Translations under genes and position numbers: made by a program | The notes under the pieces: generated by a model | Seen by the model: only the letters and a program-made list of their open reading frames with translations | Databases searched by the model: none | Told to the model about the DNA's origin: nothing | Source: Octopus sinensis | Taxonomy: Eukaryota | Reading direction: 5' to 3' | NCBI RefSeq assembly: GCF_006345805.1 | Contig: NC_043003.1 | Span: forward strand, 83,638,001 to 83,702,000 | Length of the DNA stretch: 64,000 nucleotides | In this document: positions 29,436 to 41,480 of the stretch, piece after piece | Layout: every line of letters begins with the position of its first letter | Position numbering within the stretch: position 1 is the first letter of the stretch

Positions 29436-29685
29436 CAATAACCCCTCGTCGTATCGCGGTTCACCTATCGCGGTTCACCTATCGCGGTTCACCTATCGCG
29501 GTTTATCATTTAATCTTACGTCGATTTCTCTATGGTGTTGTTTTGCATTTATAATAAAATAAATATATACAAATTATAAAAATAATTTTAAAAAAGGACT
29601 GCACAGTACTGTTTCTACTTCGCGGATTTTTACCTATTGCGTGGGGATTTGGAACGTAACATCCGCGATAGTCAAGGGATTGCTG
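29436..29685. mobile_element. TA-flanked MITE (pogo/Tigger-like TIRs) containing a 14-bp tandem repeat
   Basis: TA|CAATAACCCCTCGTCGTATCGCGG..CCGCGATAGTCAAGGGATTGCTG|TA; (TATCGCGGTTCACC)x3. Confidence 0.65.
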
Positions 29686-29819
29686 TACTCGAAAGCGTAC
29701 ATATTTTTTTCTCTTCACATCTTAACATACTGCAATTTTAGCTTTTGCTATATGAGACGTTGTCGGTATAGAGTAGCAGAAGTTTTGAGAATTCTAATAT
29801 TCATATTCTATTAACTTGC

Positions 29820-30265
29820 CTGATAGTCATCATCGTCATCTGATCTGGTGATTTGTCCCGACTTCCATAGCAGTCTTCATATCCTATCTTCCATATGTTG
29901 ATCGATATATGCTCTTCTTGGTCTGCCGTTACCTGTGTGCCCATGCGCAGATTTCCAGAGAAGGAGATCTCTGAATATTTTATCCTTGCTTCTCCAGCAG
30001 TATCTTGCATAATGTGTTCATTTTCTGATTACTGAGGTGATGGTAGGAAGACTGCCATACAATCACTGTTCTATAGGGTGTTGTTGCCAAGAAAGAGCGA
30101 CAACCGCACGAAGCATTCTCGTGTATGTGCTATCAAGTTTCTTTTCGGGTCTCTTATTCAGTGCCCATGCTGAAGAGCCACTGAGAAGTATTGATTTAAC
30201 ATCTTTGAGAAAATCCCTCTTCGTGTTGTCTGAAAAGGTGTCCAAAGTGTTTCGTGTTTTTGCAA
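29820..30265 (-). mobile_element. RTE/RTEX-type LINE 3' fragment
   Basis: KSILLSGSSAWALNK..KKLDSTYTRMLRAV..SWQQHP..RYCWRSK..LLLWK..GRPRRAYIDQ, with a (GAT)-rich tail. Confidence 0.8.
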
Positions 30266-31996
30266 ACCTTACCGGCAAGCCTTTTTGCGTTTCGTCCTTT
30301 CGGAGTCGATGAAATGAGTACCAGTTGAGCACTGGGGTCGATGTAATTGACTTACTTCCTCCTTCGAATTTGCTGGCCTTGTGCCAGTTGAAGCAATGTT
30401 AGTAGCAATGCCTTCTAGTAAGCTATATAATTTTCGTGTCCTTAATACATAGACCTTAATTCTGATAAGGTAATCTTAGTGTTAGGTGTTGAACGGATTA
30501 CTGCAAAGCCGAGAAAACGTGGGTAGATTGTGGTCTTTCTGTGTAGTGGTGTCTTCAACTCCATGGCCTTGAGGATTGGTTCACCTTTTTGGGCCACTTG
30601 TCCCCAATTTCACAAGACGGTGGGATGAAACCGTCGCTTGGGGGTCTTGTTAAAAGGGAAAGCCATTTTTATTAGTCTGTGCACCACTTTCGAGGCCATT
30701 AGTGCTGAAGATGAGGTCTGAAGACCGTTTTTGATTTGAGTCCTTGCTGTCTGCATCCCATGAACCTGGTGCTATAATTTTCTTTCTCCTGTTAGCTTTT
30801 TTGGCCACAAAGCTCTTGGATAGTTGTCGCGATATTCTCACACATACACATATATACGCATCTTTTCCCGTTGACAACATTCCACACTCAAAGAAGATCA
30901 CTGGAATTTATTTTACTTATCTCGATAGAATGAAGAGAGTAAAGACAACACCAGAATGATATGAAATCGCAACATAAAGTAACAAATATCGCAAGGCATT
31001 ATCCAACGATCTACTGATCTTAACACCAATCACCCAAATAATCTTCAACATTTCTAACTTAAACCCGACATAACCAATTACTGCCTTTTCAAGTTTTTTT
31101 ATTTACGTGTTTATTGATGTTAACTTCCTTCGATAAAATACTGAAACTTGGTTCAGAAGTTAAAATCACGGGATCTCAACATTGAATTTTTAAAATATAG
31201 AAAGTTTCATTTTCTATTTTATGCAGATTATGGCTTTTGGAAAAGTAAGAAACTGCATGTTGATGGGTTTTGTTTCATATGTTTAGGATTGTTTCCTTTT
31301 CACTGGAGGGAAAAGAAAGCTTCAAAACTTTCATACTTTGCTAATTTCTTTGACATTTTCATCAGCCAAATAATACTTCTATATTTTCTTTTGGGGAATA
31401 GCAAAGCTGTGCAGTTCAGCGCAGGAAGCTTTCTGATTTTTTTTCCTCCTCTTGTTCATGAATAGAATTAGAATCACATACAAACATTTCACTTAAAATA
31501 AATCACATATGCTATTTTAGCAAGAAAATATTTGTTTTTCTTTTCATAAATCTTTAAAACCAAAATGGTTGGTATATTTTCATATATCTTATCATCTCTT
31601 CGAAATATCAAGATCGTATTCTTTCAAAATATTTTCACAACTAGATTTCTTGTTTGTGTTTTAGTATAACTTCGTTATTTTACTTTTCGTGTATAGTTAA
31701 AAAAAATATTGGGATATTATCTTATATTACATGACTTTCTCGAAATTCAAACACATTCTACTTTCTTCCTATTTACAACTTTGCATCTGGAAATACAATT
31801 TCATTTCCATTTGGAGTTTGCTTTTGCAATCTGTCGTTTTGGGTTCGATTTGATCCTGTATCTCCTACCAGATACTTAGCTCAGCCCTAGCATTTATGAT
31901 TGAAATTGGATAAATGGAACGTGGGCGGTTAGAGTTTATCTTTGAGCGGTAGACTTAATCCCTCGCTCTGTTCACTTTGTAGCGCTTAGCGAAATA

Positions 31997-32084
<88 letters not shown>

Positions 32085-32089
32085 GAGAT

Positions 32090-33420
32090 ATATAATACAA
32101 AAACGGACGTAGCAGATAGCTTTCGGCCCCTTAGGCCCAGTTGTGTCCACTACTCTGATTGGTTGGTTTTGGTGCAGTTTAACTCTTGCTTTATTTCGCG
32201 CCAATGTGCAAACCAACCAATCGCAACCTTCTGATAAGGTCCCGTAGCACTGTTTTTCTAAAGCTCGTTTGAGCCTCTAGTTTCTTATAAAACCCAGCGA
32301 TTCATTGAATCGCTTGTCTTTGGTTCTAGTCCTTATAAGAACTAACCTCTGACCACAGAGCATCCAACGACACACAACCAGTTCCAGTTCCAGCGACCGC
32401 GACACCAACACTAGCAGCATTTCAGGACCTTTCACCACCTTCACCTTAACGTCGCCTCCACCACCGTCGCCTTTAGGCTTATTGACACCACCAACATGTC
32501 TACGTACACACCAACAGCAACATCGCCCAGGTTTAAACTTCACGCTGTTTGCGAATACTCACCAAGGTTAACAGCAAGTCTACCTGCGAGAACCTTCTGT
32601 ACCAAGTAACCCGGCACAGCATAGAAGCCACAACCGCTTACTCGACATGAGTTTCAATCGGCTCTGCAATTTGTAGCATCAACCTCTTGTACAGAATCCC
32701 TACTATTGCTTTCATTACTACGAACTGGTATTTAACTTCATTATGTGTTTGATCTTCTTCTAGCATCCTGATAGACTCATTTCTATGCTCTGTATTTTAT
32801 CTCACACGTATACACCTTGTTTGTACACACTCACACATTATTGTATGCTTTGACAGCCTGTCTATATTATTATTACGTATGTACTTATGTCAAACACACA
32901 GACACACACTTATGTCGCACTCACGGACACACACTCCGCTACCCACATGTCAACACCTGAATAAAACCTTTCTCTTAACATATCGGTTGTGTCGTCTTCT
33001 CCTTATTCCTTTCTGGCACTTGTATTCATTTATCCATATTTTGACTTTTATTGTAAGGCGACCGTGCGGTGTTTAAAGGAGTCATTTATTTGTCACCATT
33101 TCCTTTCGCACGGTCGTTCTACAACTTGTACCGTCTGACTTGTGGTTGGCTTTAGCGGTGTTCGTTTTGCTGCAAATATTTGAATCACTTGGCAATTTGA
33201 TCAGAAATTCTTCAGACATTTGCATACGTAAAAATACATGTTAGTTTTGTCAACCCATTTTATATTGCAATGAATACTATCTGGAGTTGTTGGCGTCGAA
33301 GAACGTAGGCTCGAAACGTTAATGACTTTTTCCCTTCCCGAGCGTTAAACTAATACATTTGTTTGTTGTCTACACCACCTGTCTTTGTCTTTTGTTTTTT
33401 CGTGAATCCTCCCCACCCCT
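32090..33420 (+). mobile_element. Solo pLTR-like non-coding repeat (probable PLE derivative)
   Basis: CCAAT/ATTGG motifs and TATAAAA (about 32287); hammerhead-shaped folds; 3' end resembles 15100-15225; bounded by (CT)n and (TA)n. Confidence 0.45.
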
Positions 33421-33440
33421 AAATATATATATATATATAT

Positions 33441-33540
<100 letters not shown>

Positions 33541-33596
33541 TTTATTTAAAGCAGCAGAAAATTCAACGAAACCTGTTACTCGCTGCCGTTCATCGG

Positions 33597-33730
<134 letters not shown>

Positions 33731-33885
33731 TATATAAAATAAATATAAGAGAGTGGTCACTATATTGCTCACTCTAGCACCAGTTAATCCAAAAGGTTTC
33801 AACCACGAAAATACATGTTTCCCATGAAAGCCAGTACGACTGTTAGCTCACACGGACAGGGCAAGTAAAAAATAACAAAAATACA

Positions 33886-33968
33886 GATTATTTTGGGACA
33901 ATTGTTTCGCTATTAATGAATTAAATGTAATATTACTTACAAAAAAATCCATTTGTAGCTCGTCAGCC
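33886..33968 (-). ncRNA. Inverted copy of the 34321 hammerhead, with the 5' strand of stem I truncated to GG
   Basis: 33736-33968 is the reverse complement of 34330-34562. Confidence 0.75.
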
Positions 33969-34320
33969 TTTTGGATTAACTGGTGCTAGAGTGAGCAATA
34001 TAGTGACCACTCTCTTATATTTATTTTGTAAAAATATTATAATATGTTATAAAATATTATAATAATCCAGGTTTCTCGTAGCACTAGGCCACTTGGTGTT
34101 GAATAAATATACTATTAAATTAGTATCTAATTCTCTCACCCTTATTAATTAATTATAATTATGCTGCATTTATTTCTAAATGCTGTATTTGTTTTCCGTG
34201 AAAGTTTGGCGCGCTGTTGGTTGGGGCATTTGAATTATAACGTAGGATGTAATCAATTGAACCACACGCGTATTTATCGTTATGGTAAAATCTGGCGTGT
34301 GATTGAGTGGATTTCATCCA

Positions 34321-34412
34321 GATAGTCTTGGCTGACGAGCTACAAATGGATTTTTTTGTAAGTAATATTACATTTAATTCATTAATAGCGAAACAATTGT
34401 CCCAAAATAATC
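34321..34412 (+). ncRNA. Minimal type-I hammerhead ribozyme with fully canonical core
   Basis: Stem I GATAGTCTTGG/CCAAAATAATC; CTGACGA 34332-34338; stem II GCTA/TAGC (34339-34342/34386-34389) extended by AATGGA/TTCATT; GAAA 34390-34393; palindromic stem III ACAATTGT; GUC cleavage triplet with C17=34401. Confidence 0.9.
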
Positions 34413-34688
34413 TGTATTTTTGTTATTTTTTACTTGCCCTGTCCGTGTGAGCTAACAGTCGTACTGGCTTTCATGGGAAACATGTATTTTCGTGGTTGAA
34501 ACCTTTTGGATTAACTGGTGCTAGAGTGAGCAATATAGTGACCACTCTCTTATATTTATTTTGTAAAAATATTATAATATGTTATAAAATATTATAATAA
34601 TCCAGGTTTCTCGTAGCACTAGGCCACTTGGTGTTGAATAAATATACTATTAAATTAGTATCTAATTCTCTCACCCTTATTAATTAAT

Positions 34689-34752
<64 letters not shown>

Positions 34753-35165
34753 GTAAGTGCAGGCATGGCTGTGTAGTTAAGAAGCTTGCTTCGCAATCAC
34801 ATGATTTCGATTTCACTCCCACTTCGGAGCACCTTGAGCAAGTGTCCTCTACTATAGACCCGGGCTAACTAAAGCCTTGTGAGTGGATTCAGCAGATGAT
34901 AAAGAAGCCACACACACACACACACACACGTGTGTGTGTGAGAGAATATATTTGTATGAATGTGTGTATCTTTGCGTTTGTATCCGTAACCCTACATCAC
35001 TTGTCAACTGGTGTTTGTGTGTTTACGTATCCGTAACTTAGCGGTTCGATAGGAGACTGATAAAGTAAGTACCAGACTTTCAAAAAAATAAGTACTGGGA
35101 TCGATTTGGTCGGTTAAAACACTTCAAGACGATGCCCTAGTATGGCCGCAGTCCAATAACTGAAA
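34753..35165 (+). mobile_element. SINE family A (diverged)
   Basis: Same layout. Confidence 0.75.
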
Positions 35166-35684
35166 CTGGAATGACAAGACCATCAGCCGAGCTGGCGGGG
35201 CTGCTGTAGCTGTTTGTAAAAGTGAGGGCATGTCTGAAAGAGCTATTCCCTGGGTAACTTCATTTCGAAAAAGGAGACCCACCCATTCTCCTTATATTTA
35301 TTCATTTATTATTTTATTTATTTATTTATTAAACAGCTATGCTTAAACGAAGGGACTTATAACTCAATATCCCATCATCAAGTTCGTAGAAGAGTTTCGC
35401 AAAATTGAGAGATGTCTTACAGGTTCTGCAGCTGCATCAATATCCTGTTGTGATGCTGCGCAAAACTATGCGAGGCTGCGTCTGCACGGGCGGAAACCAT
35501 GCTGGGTGTCATTTTGCAGCCCATTTCCCTCTGGGTTGGTAACGAATTTCATTGACATAGTTGATATATGAAATCAGAGAGATGGGCCTGTAATTTTTTT
35601 GCAACTGCTCCACTTACTTCCTCATAGATTAGACATATATCTTCCTTGAAATTTTGGGATATTTGTGAGTATCGATGTCTGTAA

Positions 35685-35751
<67 letters not shown>

Positions 35752-35999
35752 GAAGGTTTGAAAATGCAATTTTAAAAGATGTTATTAAAGTGAATAAACA
35801 TCTTTTAAAATTGCATTTTCAAACCTTTTTTCATATATATTTCCACTCGTGCGGTACCTTACAACTTCACTTTGTTTTATATATATATATATTTACACAC
35901 ACACACACACACACATACATTTTCTCTTTCTCATACATGCATACACATGTATGTGTGTATGTATCTGTATATATATATATATATATATATATACAACCC

Positions 36000-38578
36000 A
36001 CATAACCCACATAACCAAACCAAAACGCTACTACCAAACATCCACCCCAGGAACCAACCATACAAACATAACAAACAACAAATACACTACGGAGGAAACA
36101 ACTACCAACACAATATACCTGATGAACTAAGACGGAACACTAGGTACAACAACACACTCCAGAACAGAGCACCACAAACTCACTCTGACAATTATAACAA
36201 CATGAGACAGATAAATAGTAGCTTTGAACATAACTACACCAACCCTTTTTTAGACCTTACACACAGGAACAGGGACACACGATGGCAAAGGACAAACAAA
36301 AGAAACCTCAGGTAATTAAGATAATCAATCTCTCAAACAAAGAACTTACACCTAACGAAATAAGCATACTCTCCAAAGGACTTAAATTTACACCTACCCC
36401 ACAACGTTCTAATTACTATGAAATGAAAGATGATATTTCGGAATTTTGCAGAAAACTAAGACTCACCGAGGCATTTCAAGACAAACAAATAGAGGAGGGC
36501 TCAATAGCTAGAAACAAGAGCAATTACACCCCCACCAAGGGAAAGAATAAAGCCTTAGACCGCTATTGTGACTACATAACTAATTTCCCGTTCCAATTCA
36601 TCAAGAAACAAAAACACAGCCCTAACTTCAACAAAAGAGAATGGAACGACCTCATCAAACTAAGAGAAGACAAAACAATAACAATTAAGGAGGCAGATAA
36701 GGGCAACGCGATAGTAATAATGAATACAGACGATTATAAAAATTTAGTGCTATCCCTATTAAGAGATGAAACGTATTATGAAAGGGCCCAACAGTATAAT
36801 CAGCAAAAAATAATGCATAACCTTAGGACATTAATCAACACATACCAAGAAGGACTCACGAACAAGGAGTATGAATACATCACTAACTTCAAATGCAAAT
36901 CGAGTTTGTTCTATGGTATCCCTAAGGTACACAAAAGCCAAATAATTAGAGAAACATGCAAAACATCCACCGACACACTCATCAAAATCCCTGCACCAAA
37001 TGATCTTAAACTAAGACCGATAATAGCAGGGCCAGCATGTGAAACTCACCGCCTCAGCAATTTCTTAGACACACTTCTTAAACCTTTCCTAAAACACATC
37101 AAAAGCTACGTAAGAGACGATATAGATATGCTCAACCACCTCTCTAAAACAGTCAATGAGAAAACCCTTCTAGTATCATTCGACGTAGTTAATCTTTATT
37201 CTAACATCCCTCACAACCTAGGAATAGAAGCGATCACCTTCTGGCTGAATAACTACCCCTTTGAACTCCCAACTCGCATAAACAAATACCTTATAATAGA
37301 AGGACTTAGATTCATTTTAGAGAACAATTATTTTATTTTTGACAATGATTTCTACAGACAAAGATCGGGAACAGCGATGGGCACGCGTACTGCACCATCT
37401 TTTGCCAACATAGTGATGGGATACCTCGAGAAAATACTATACCGGATAACACTCGAGAAATATGGAAACACCTTCGCCACCTATATCCATAACAACTGGA
37501 AAAGATACCTCGATGACTGTTTCATCATCTGGGACAAAGGTATAGAGAAACTTGTGGAATTTAAAATACTATTAAATGAATAAATGACAATATACAATTC
37601 ACGATGGATCACAACGAAAAAGAATTACCATTTTTAGACATCCTCATTAAGAAAACCGGCAACAAAATAGAGACAGATATCTACTATAAACCGACAGACT
37701 CCAAACAGTACCTACCCTTTGATTCATGCCACCCACGACACACTAGAATGAATGTCCCTTTTTGTTTAGCTAGAAGGATTTGCACCATAATATCAGACAC
37801 AAACACCCGACACACACGTCTCCAGGAACTTAGAACCACACTCACAAATAGAAACTATCCACAGCCCCTAATAGACAGTGCAATCCAACGGGTACTTAAA
37901 TTAAGTATAGAAGACCTGAGACAAACAAAACCAAAAAAGAAAGAACAATTAAAAACCCTTCCCTACATCTCTACACACAACCCACTCAACAATGAGGCCT
38001 TCAACACCATACTACAAAGCACAGCCCTACTAAAGGGAGACCCAAATATGAACCGGATCCTCGAAACACACACCATCATTAAAAGTAAACGGCAACCAAA
38101 ATCCTTGAGAAGGATTTTAACCCAAGCTACACTGCACTCAACATCAACCACAAAACCAGCAGTTAGAAAATGTGGAAGGCCCAACTGCGGAATCTGTGTC
38201 ATCTTGAAAGAAGGATCAGAATTTATACTGGAACAAGGCCACCAGTTCACCATTAGAACAAACTTCACCTGCGCATCAGAAAACTTAATTTACGTCATAA
38301 CATGCGCAGGCTGCAATAGGTAGTATATAGGCCATACAAAAAATAGCTTACGTAACAGGATGGCAGTGCATAAATCACAAATTAGAAACCCTGATTACCG
38401 CAAAATACCGGTCAGCGGACACATAGATAGATGTGCTGGAAATGTAAATCCGAAATTTACAACTAACCCGCTCTATAAATTCAGTGACAACGCAACCTTC
38501 ACACAACGCCAAAATAAAGAACTGTATTTCATAAAAAAATTTAGACCAAGTTTAAACACCCTGGGCCAGGAATATTAA
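36000..38578 (+). pseudogene. Penelope-like element (PLE) ORF: reverse transcriptase + C-terminal GIY-YIG endonuclease, disrupted by one frameshift and one nonsense codon
   Basis: ORF 36282-37583 has the PLE N-terminal motif IINLSNKELTPNEISILSKGLKFTPTP and RT motifs FYGIPKVHK, LRPII, SFDVVNLYSNIP, GTAMG and RYLDDCF. A 1-nt deletion near 37580 shifts to ORF 37604-38323 (LPFLD, DIYYKPTD, SCHP, CGRPNCGIC). An in-frame TAG at 38321-38323 lies inside NLIYVITCAGCNR*YIGHT (GIY-YIG), followed by 38360-38578. The 5' boundary is approximate. Confidence 0.95.
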
Positions 38579-38754
38579 AACAAAAGATAAGTCCTCCGAA
38601 AAGGAGAAGCAAAATTCCACCACGGCCGCTACCTTAAACAGTCACTCGCACTGACGGAAATATGCCTTAGTAAAAAAGGAAAAAAATTCTTTCGTGCAAA
38701 TCTGACCCTGATGGACTGACCACATACGATACAGCTAAGGGTCAGACCCGATTC

Positions 38755-39345
38755 TGATTGGTCAACACGCTGATGACGTCTAGTTCTGCTAGAATGGACA
38801 GAATACAAACAGGGGGCAGAGATTAGTCAGAATATTGATAACGTACCTTTCTGCTTGACTAGTCACCTAACAAAATACAGACAGGGGGAAGATCTAATGC
38901 AGCTATAAGTCGTGATTGGGCAGAATCTTGATGACGTCCCGTTCTGCTTGACTAAGCCACCTAACGAAACGATTGGTCAAAACAGGATACAGACAAGAGG
39001 CAGTTATAATACAGCGATAGGTCACGATTGGTCAGAATGCTGATGACGTACCGTTCTGCTTGACTAAGCCACCTAACGAAAAGGAGCAGATCTAATACAG
39101 CTATAAGTCGTGATTGGTCAGAATCATGATGACGTACCGTCCTGCTTGACTAAGCCACCTAACGAAACGACTGGTCAAAACAGGATACAGACAAGAGGCA
39201 GTTATAATACAGCGATAGGTCACGATTGGTCAGAATGTTGATGACGTACCGTTCTGCTTGACTAAAGCCACCTAACGAAACGATTGGTCAAAACGTTGAT
39301 GACGTCACGCTACGCTGGACTGACCACCTAACAGGCATTATAAAA
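38755..39345 (+). repeat. Irregular tandem repeat in the PLE 3' region carrying about 9 GATTGG(TC) (inverted CCAAT) and about 6 TGACGT (CRE/ATF-like) motifs, ending at a TATAAAA
   Basis: Repeated GATTGGTCAGAAT..TGATGACGTACCGTTCTGCTTGACTAAGCCACCTAAC units; TGACGTCA near 39299; TATAAAA near 39339. Confidence 0.8.
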
Positions 39346-39647
39346 CCCGAACAATTCACAAGACTCACTAGAATCACCCAGCGAACGCCCACCATGGGTC
39401 ATCACAATTGCTCAAGGTAAAAATGAATTCCTCGCTCTTTCGGGAACAACAATCTTCTGTATTGACTGCTTTCCACCACTTTGATCTGTTTTTTGTATTG
39501 AATACGTATCGCCACCGTGGGCCACTGCATCGAACACTGAACATATAGCATGAATGAACTTACTTCAAACTATATTTGAACTTTAAGATGTCTGACTCCG
39601 TTGTATATTGTAAATGAATTTCTTGTGTTTGACGGCATGAGCTGTCT

Positions 39648-39719
39648 TTTTTTATATATAACTTTTTTTGATAAGGTTCATTTCAGGAACTGAAACATGT
39701 TATAATGTATATATAAAAA
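39648..39719 (+). ncRNA. Minimal type-I hammerhead ribozyme fold, U3-A8 core variant
   Basis: Core TTGATAA 39668-39674; stem II GGTTC/GAACT; GAAA 39692-39695; palindromic stem III ACATGT; GUU triplet (H17=39701). Stem I is an A/T-rich pairing with two mismatches and a bulge. Confidence 0.6.
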
Positions 39720-39760
39720 TTAAAAATTGTATAATATAGCAGCATATATATATATATTTT

Positions 39761-39855
<95 letters not shown>

Positions 39856-40324
39856 ATATATCTATATGTATATGTATATGTATATATATATGTATGTATA
39901 TATGTATGTATGTATGCCTGTATGCATGCATGCATGTATGTATGTATGTATGATGTATGTATGTATGTATGTATGTATGTATGTATGTATGTATGTATGA
40001 ATGTATGTATGTATGTAGTATGTATGTATGTATTTTGTGTGTGTGTACGGTTCGATACAACTACCCTAACCTCCTGTGTCAAAGCCAACCTCTCTTTCAT
40101 TACTTTACGCTGAACATGTCTGCTGTGATGCAATTTGAGAGATTGTGCTAGTTAAAAATTCATATGAAAGGGGTGAGGTTAGACCCTGTATGCATTTACG
40201 AAATGCATTCAATAGTGGAGTTATTGAAGTAGGGCTTGATTAACTTTACATTCTACCATTAAGTTTTACTGGGAATCCCGATACATGCTCGAACAAACAC
40301 AAACACGATAACATGTGTGCACTG

Positions 40325-40745
40325 TTTCTTATTTCTTTATTGCCCACAAGGGGCTAAACATAGAGGGGACAAACACGGACAGACAAAGGGATTAAGTCGA
40401 TTACGTCGACCCCCAGTGCGTAACTGGTACTTAATTTATCGACTCCAAAAGGATGAAAGGCAAAGTCGACCTCGGCGGAATTTGAACTCAGAACGTAACG
40501 GCAGCTGAAATACCTATTTCTTTACTACCCACAAGGGGCTAAACACAGAGGGGACAAACAAGGACAGACAAACGGATTAAGTCGATTGTATCGACCCCAG
40601 TGCGTAACTGGTACTTAATTTATCGACCCCGAAAGGATGAAAGGCAAAGTCGACCTCGGCGGAATTTGAACTCAGAACGTAACGGCAGCCGAAATACCGC
40701 TAAGCATTTCACCCGGCGTGCTAACGTTTCTGCCAGCTCATTACC
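40325..40745 (-). mobile_element. Two tandem SINE family B copies
   Basis: About 185-bp segment repeated (40325-40505, 40510-40690). Confidence 0.85.
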
Positions 40746-40843
40746 TTAATGTGCACTGTTTCTATCCCACGGAACTCTTCGTTGTTTCCGCCTAGAATTC
40801 CGATTGAAAAGAATATCAAGAAGAGATCCTTGTAGGCAACATA

Positions 40844-41480
40844 CAGGGTGTCCCAGAAAGATTTTACCCATTGATATTTCTTAATTATTCAAAATAAACT
40901 TAAGGTAGGATAACGAAATTTGGCACACATATTCTAATGTAAATTGTCAATCCATTGCAGTAATTACATTTCAAAATGACCACCTTTCGCCTTGATCATA
41001 GCCTGTAAACGAGTGGTTACTGAGTTGCATGAGCACCGTACCACCTCTTCATCCAACTTGACCCATGAAGACAGAAGAGCTTTCTTCAGATCTGACACAT
41101 TTGAATAGGAGCGAGCAAAAACATTACTCTCTAAGATGGATATCAGATAGCAAAGTCCATGGGATTGATGTCTAGACTTGAGGGAGGCCATATCGTCTTG
41201 TCCCCAAAACTGCTGAAATACTCTTTGCACCACCTCTTTATCAAACCGGATGTGTGGGCCGGAGCCCCGTCTTGAGTAAAGATGTAACGATCACCAAAGG
41301 TTTTTGTGACCCAGAGTAACCCAACGTTTCCATATAAACTTCACTGTTGACCTTGACGCCAGCATCGATGAAAATCAAGGGAGACTAGTACCCACTAGAT
41401 GCAACTGCGGCCCACACCATGAGTAAAGCTGGCTTCTGGCGGCGTAAATCACGTTCTGGGACCCCCTGTACATTTACAAG
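40844..41480 (-). mobile_element. Tc1/mariner DD37D (maT-type) transposase C-terminal remnant with one TIR
   Basis: TA|CAGGGTGTCCC TIR; MVWAAVAS, FTQDGAPAHT..WPPSSLDINPMD (37 residues between D2 and D3 as translated), KAKGGHFEM*. Confidence 0.85.

Larger units (their letters stand above)
33736..34692 (+). mobile_element. Non-coding PLE pLTR / retrozyme-like element: 535-bp unit with partial tandem duplication and 5' inverted segment
   Basis: 33969-34157 repeated at 34504-34692 (period 535); 33736-33968 is an inverted copy of 34330-34562; contains hammerhead; bounded by (TA)n on both sides. Confidence 0.8.
35995..39745 (+). mobile_element. Penelope-like retroelement including 3' pseudo-LTR region
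   Basis: PLE ORF followed by a tandem-repeat promoter-like region (38750-39345) and a hammerhead motif (39648-39719); flanked by (TA)n tracts. Confidence 0.85.
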
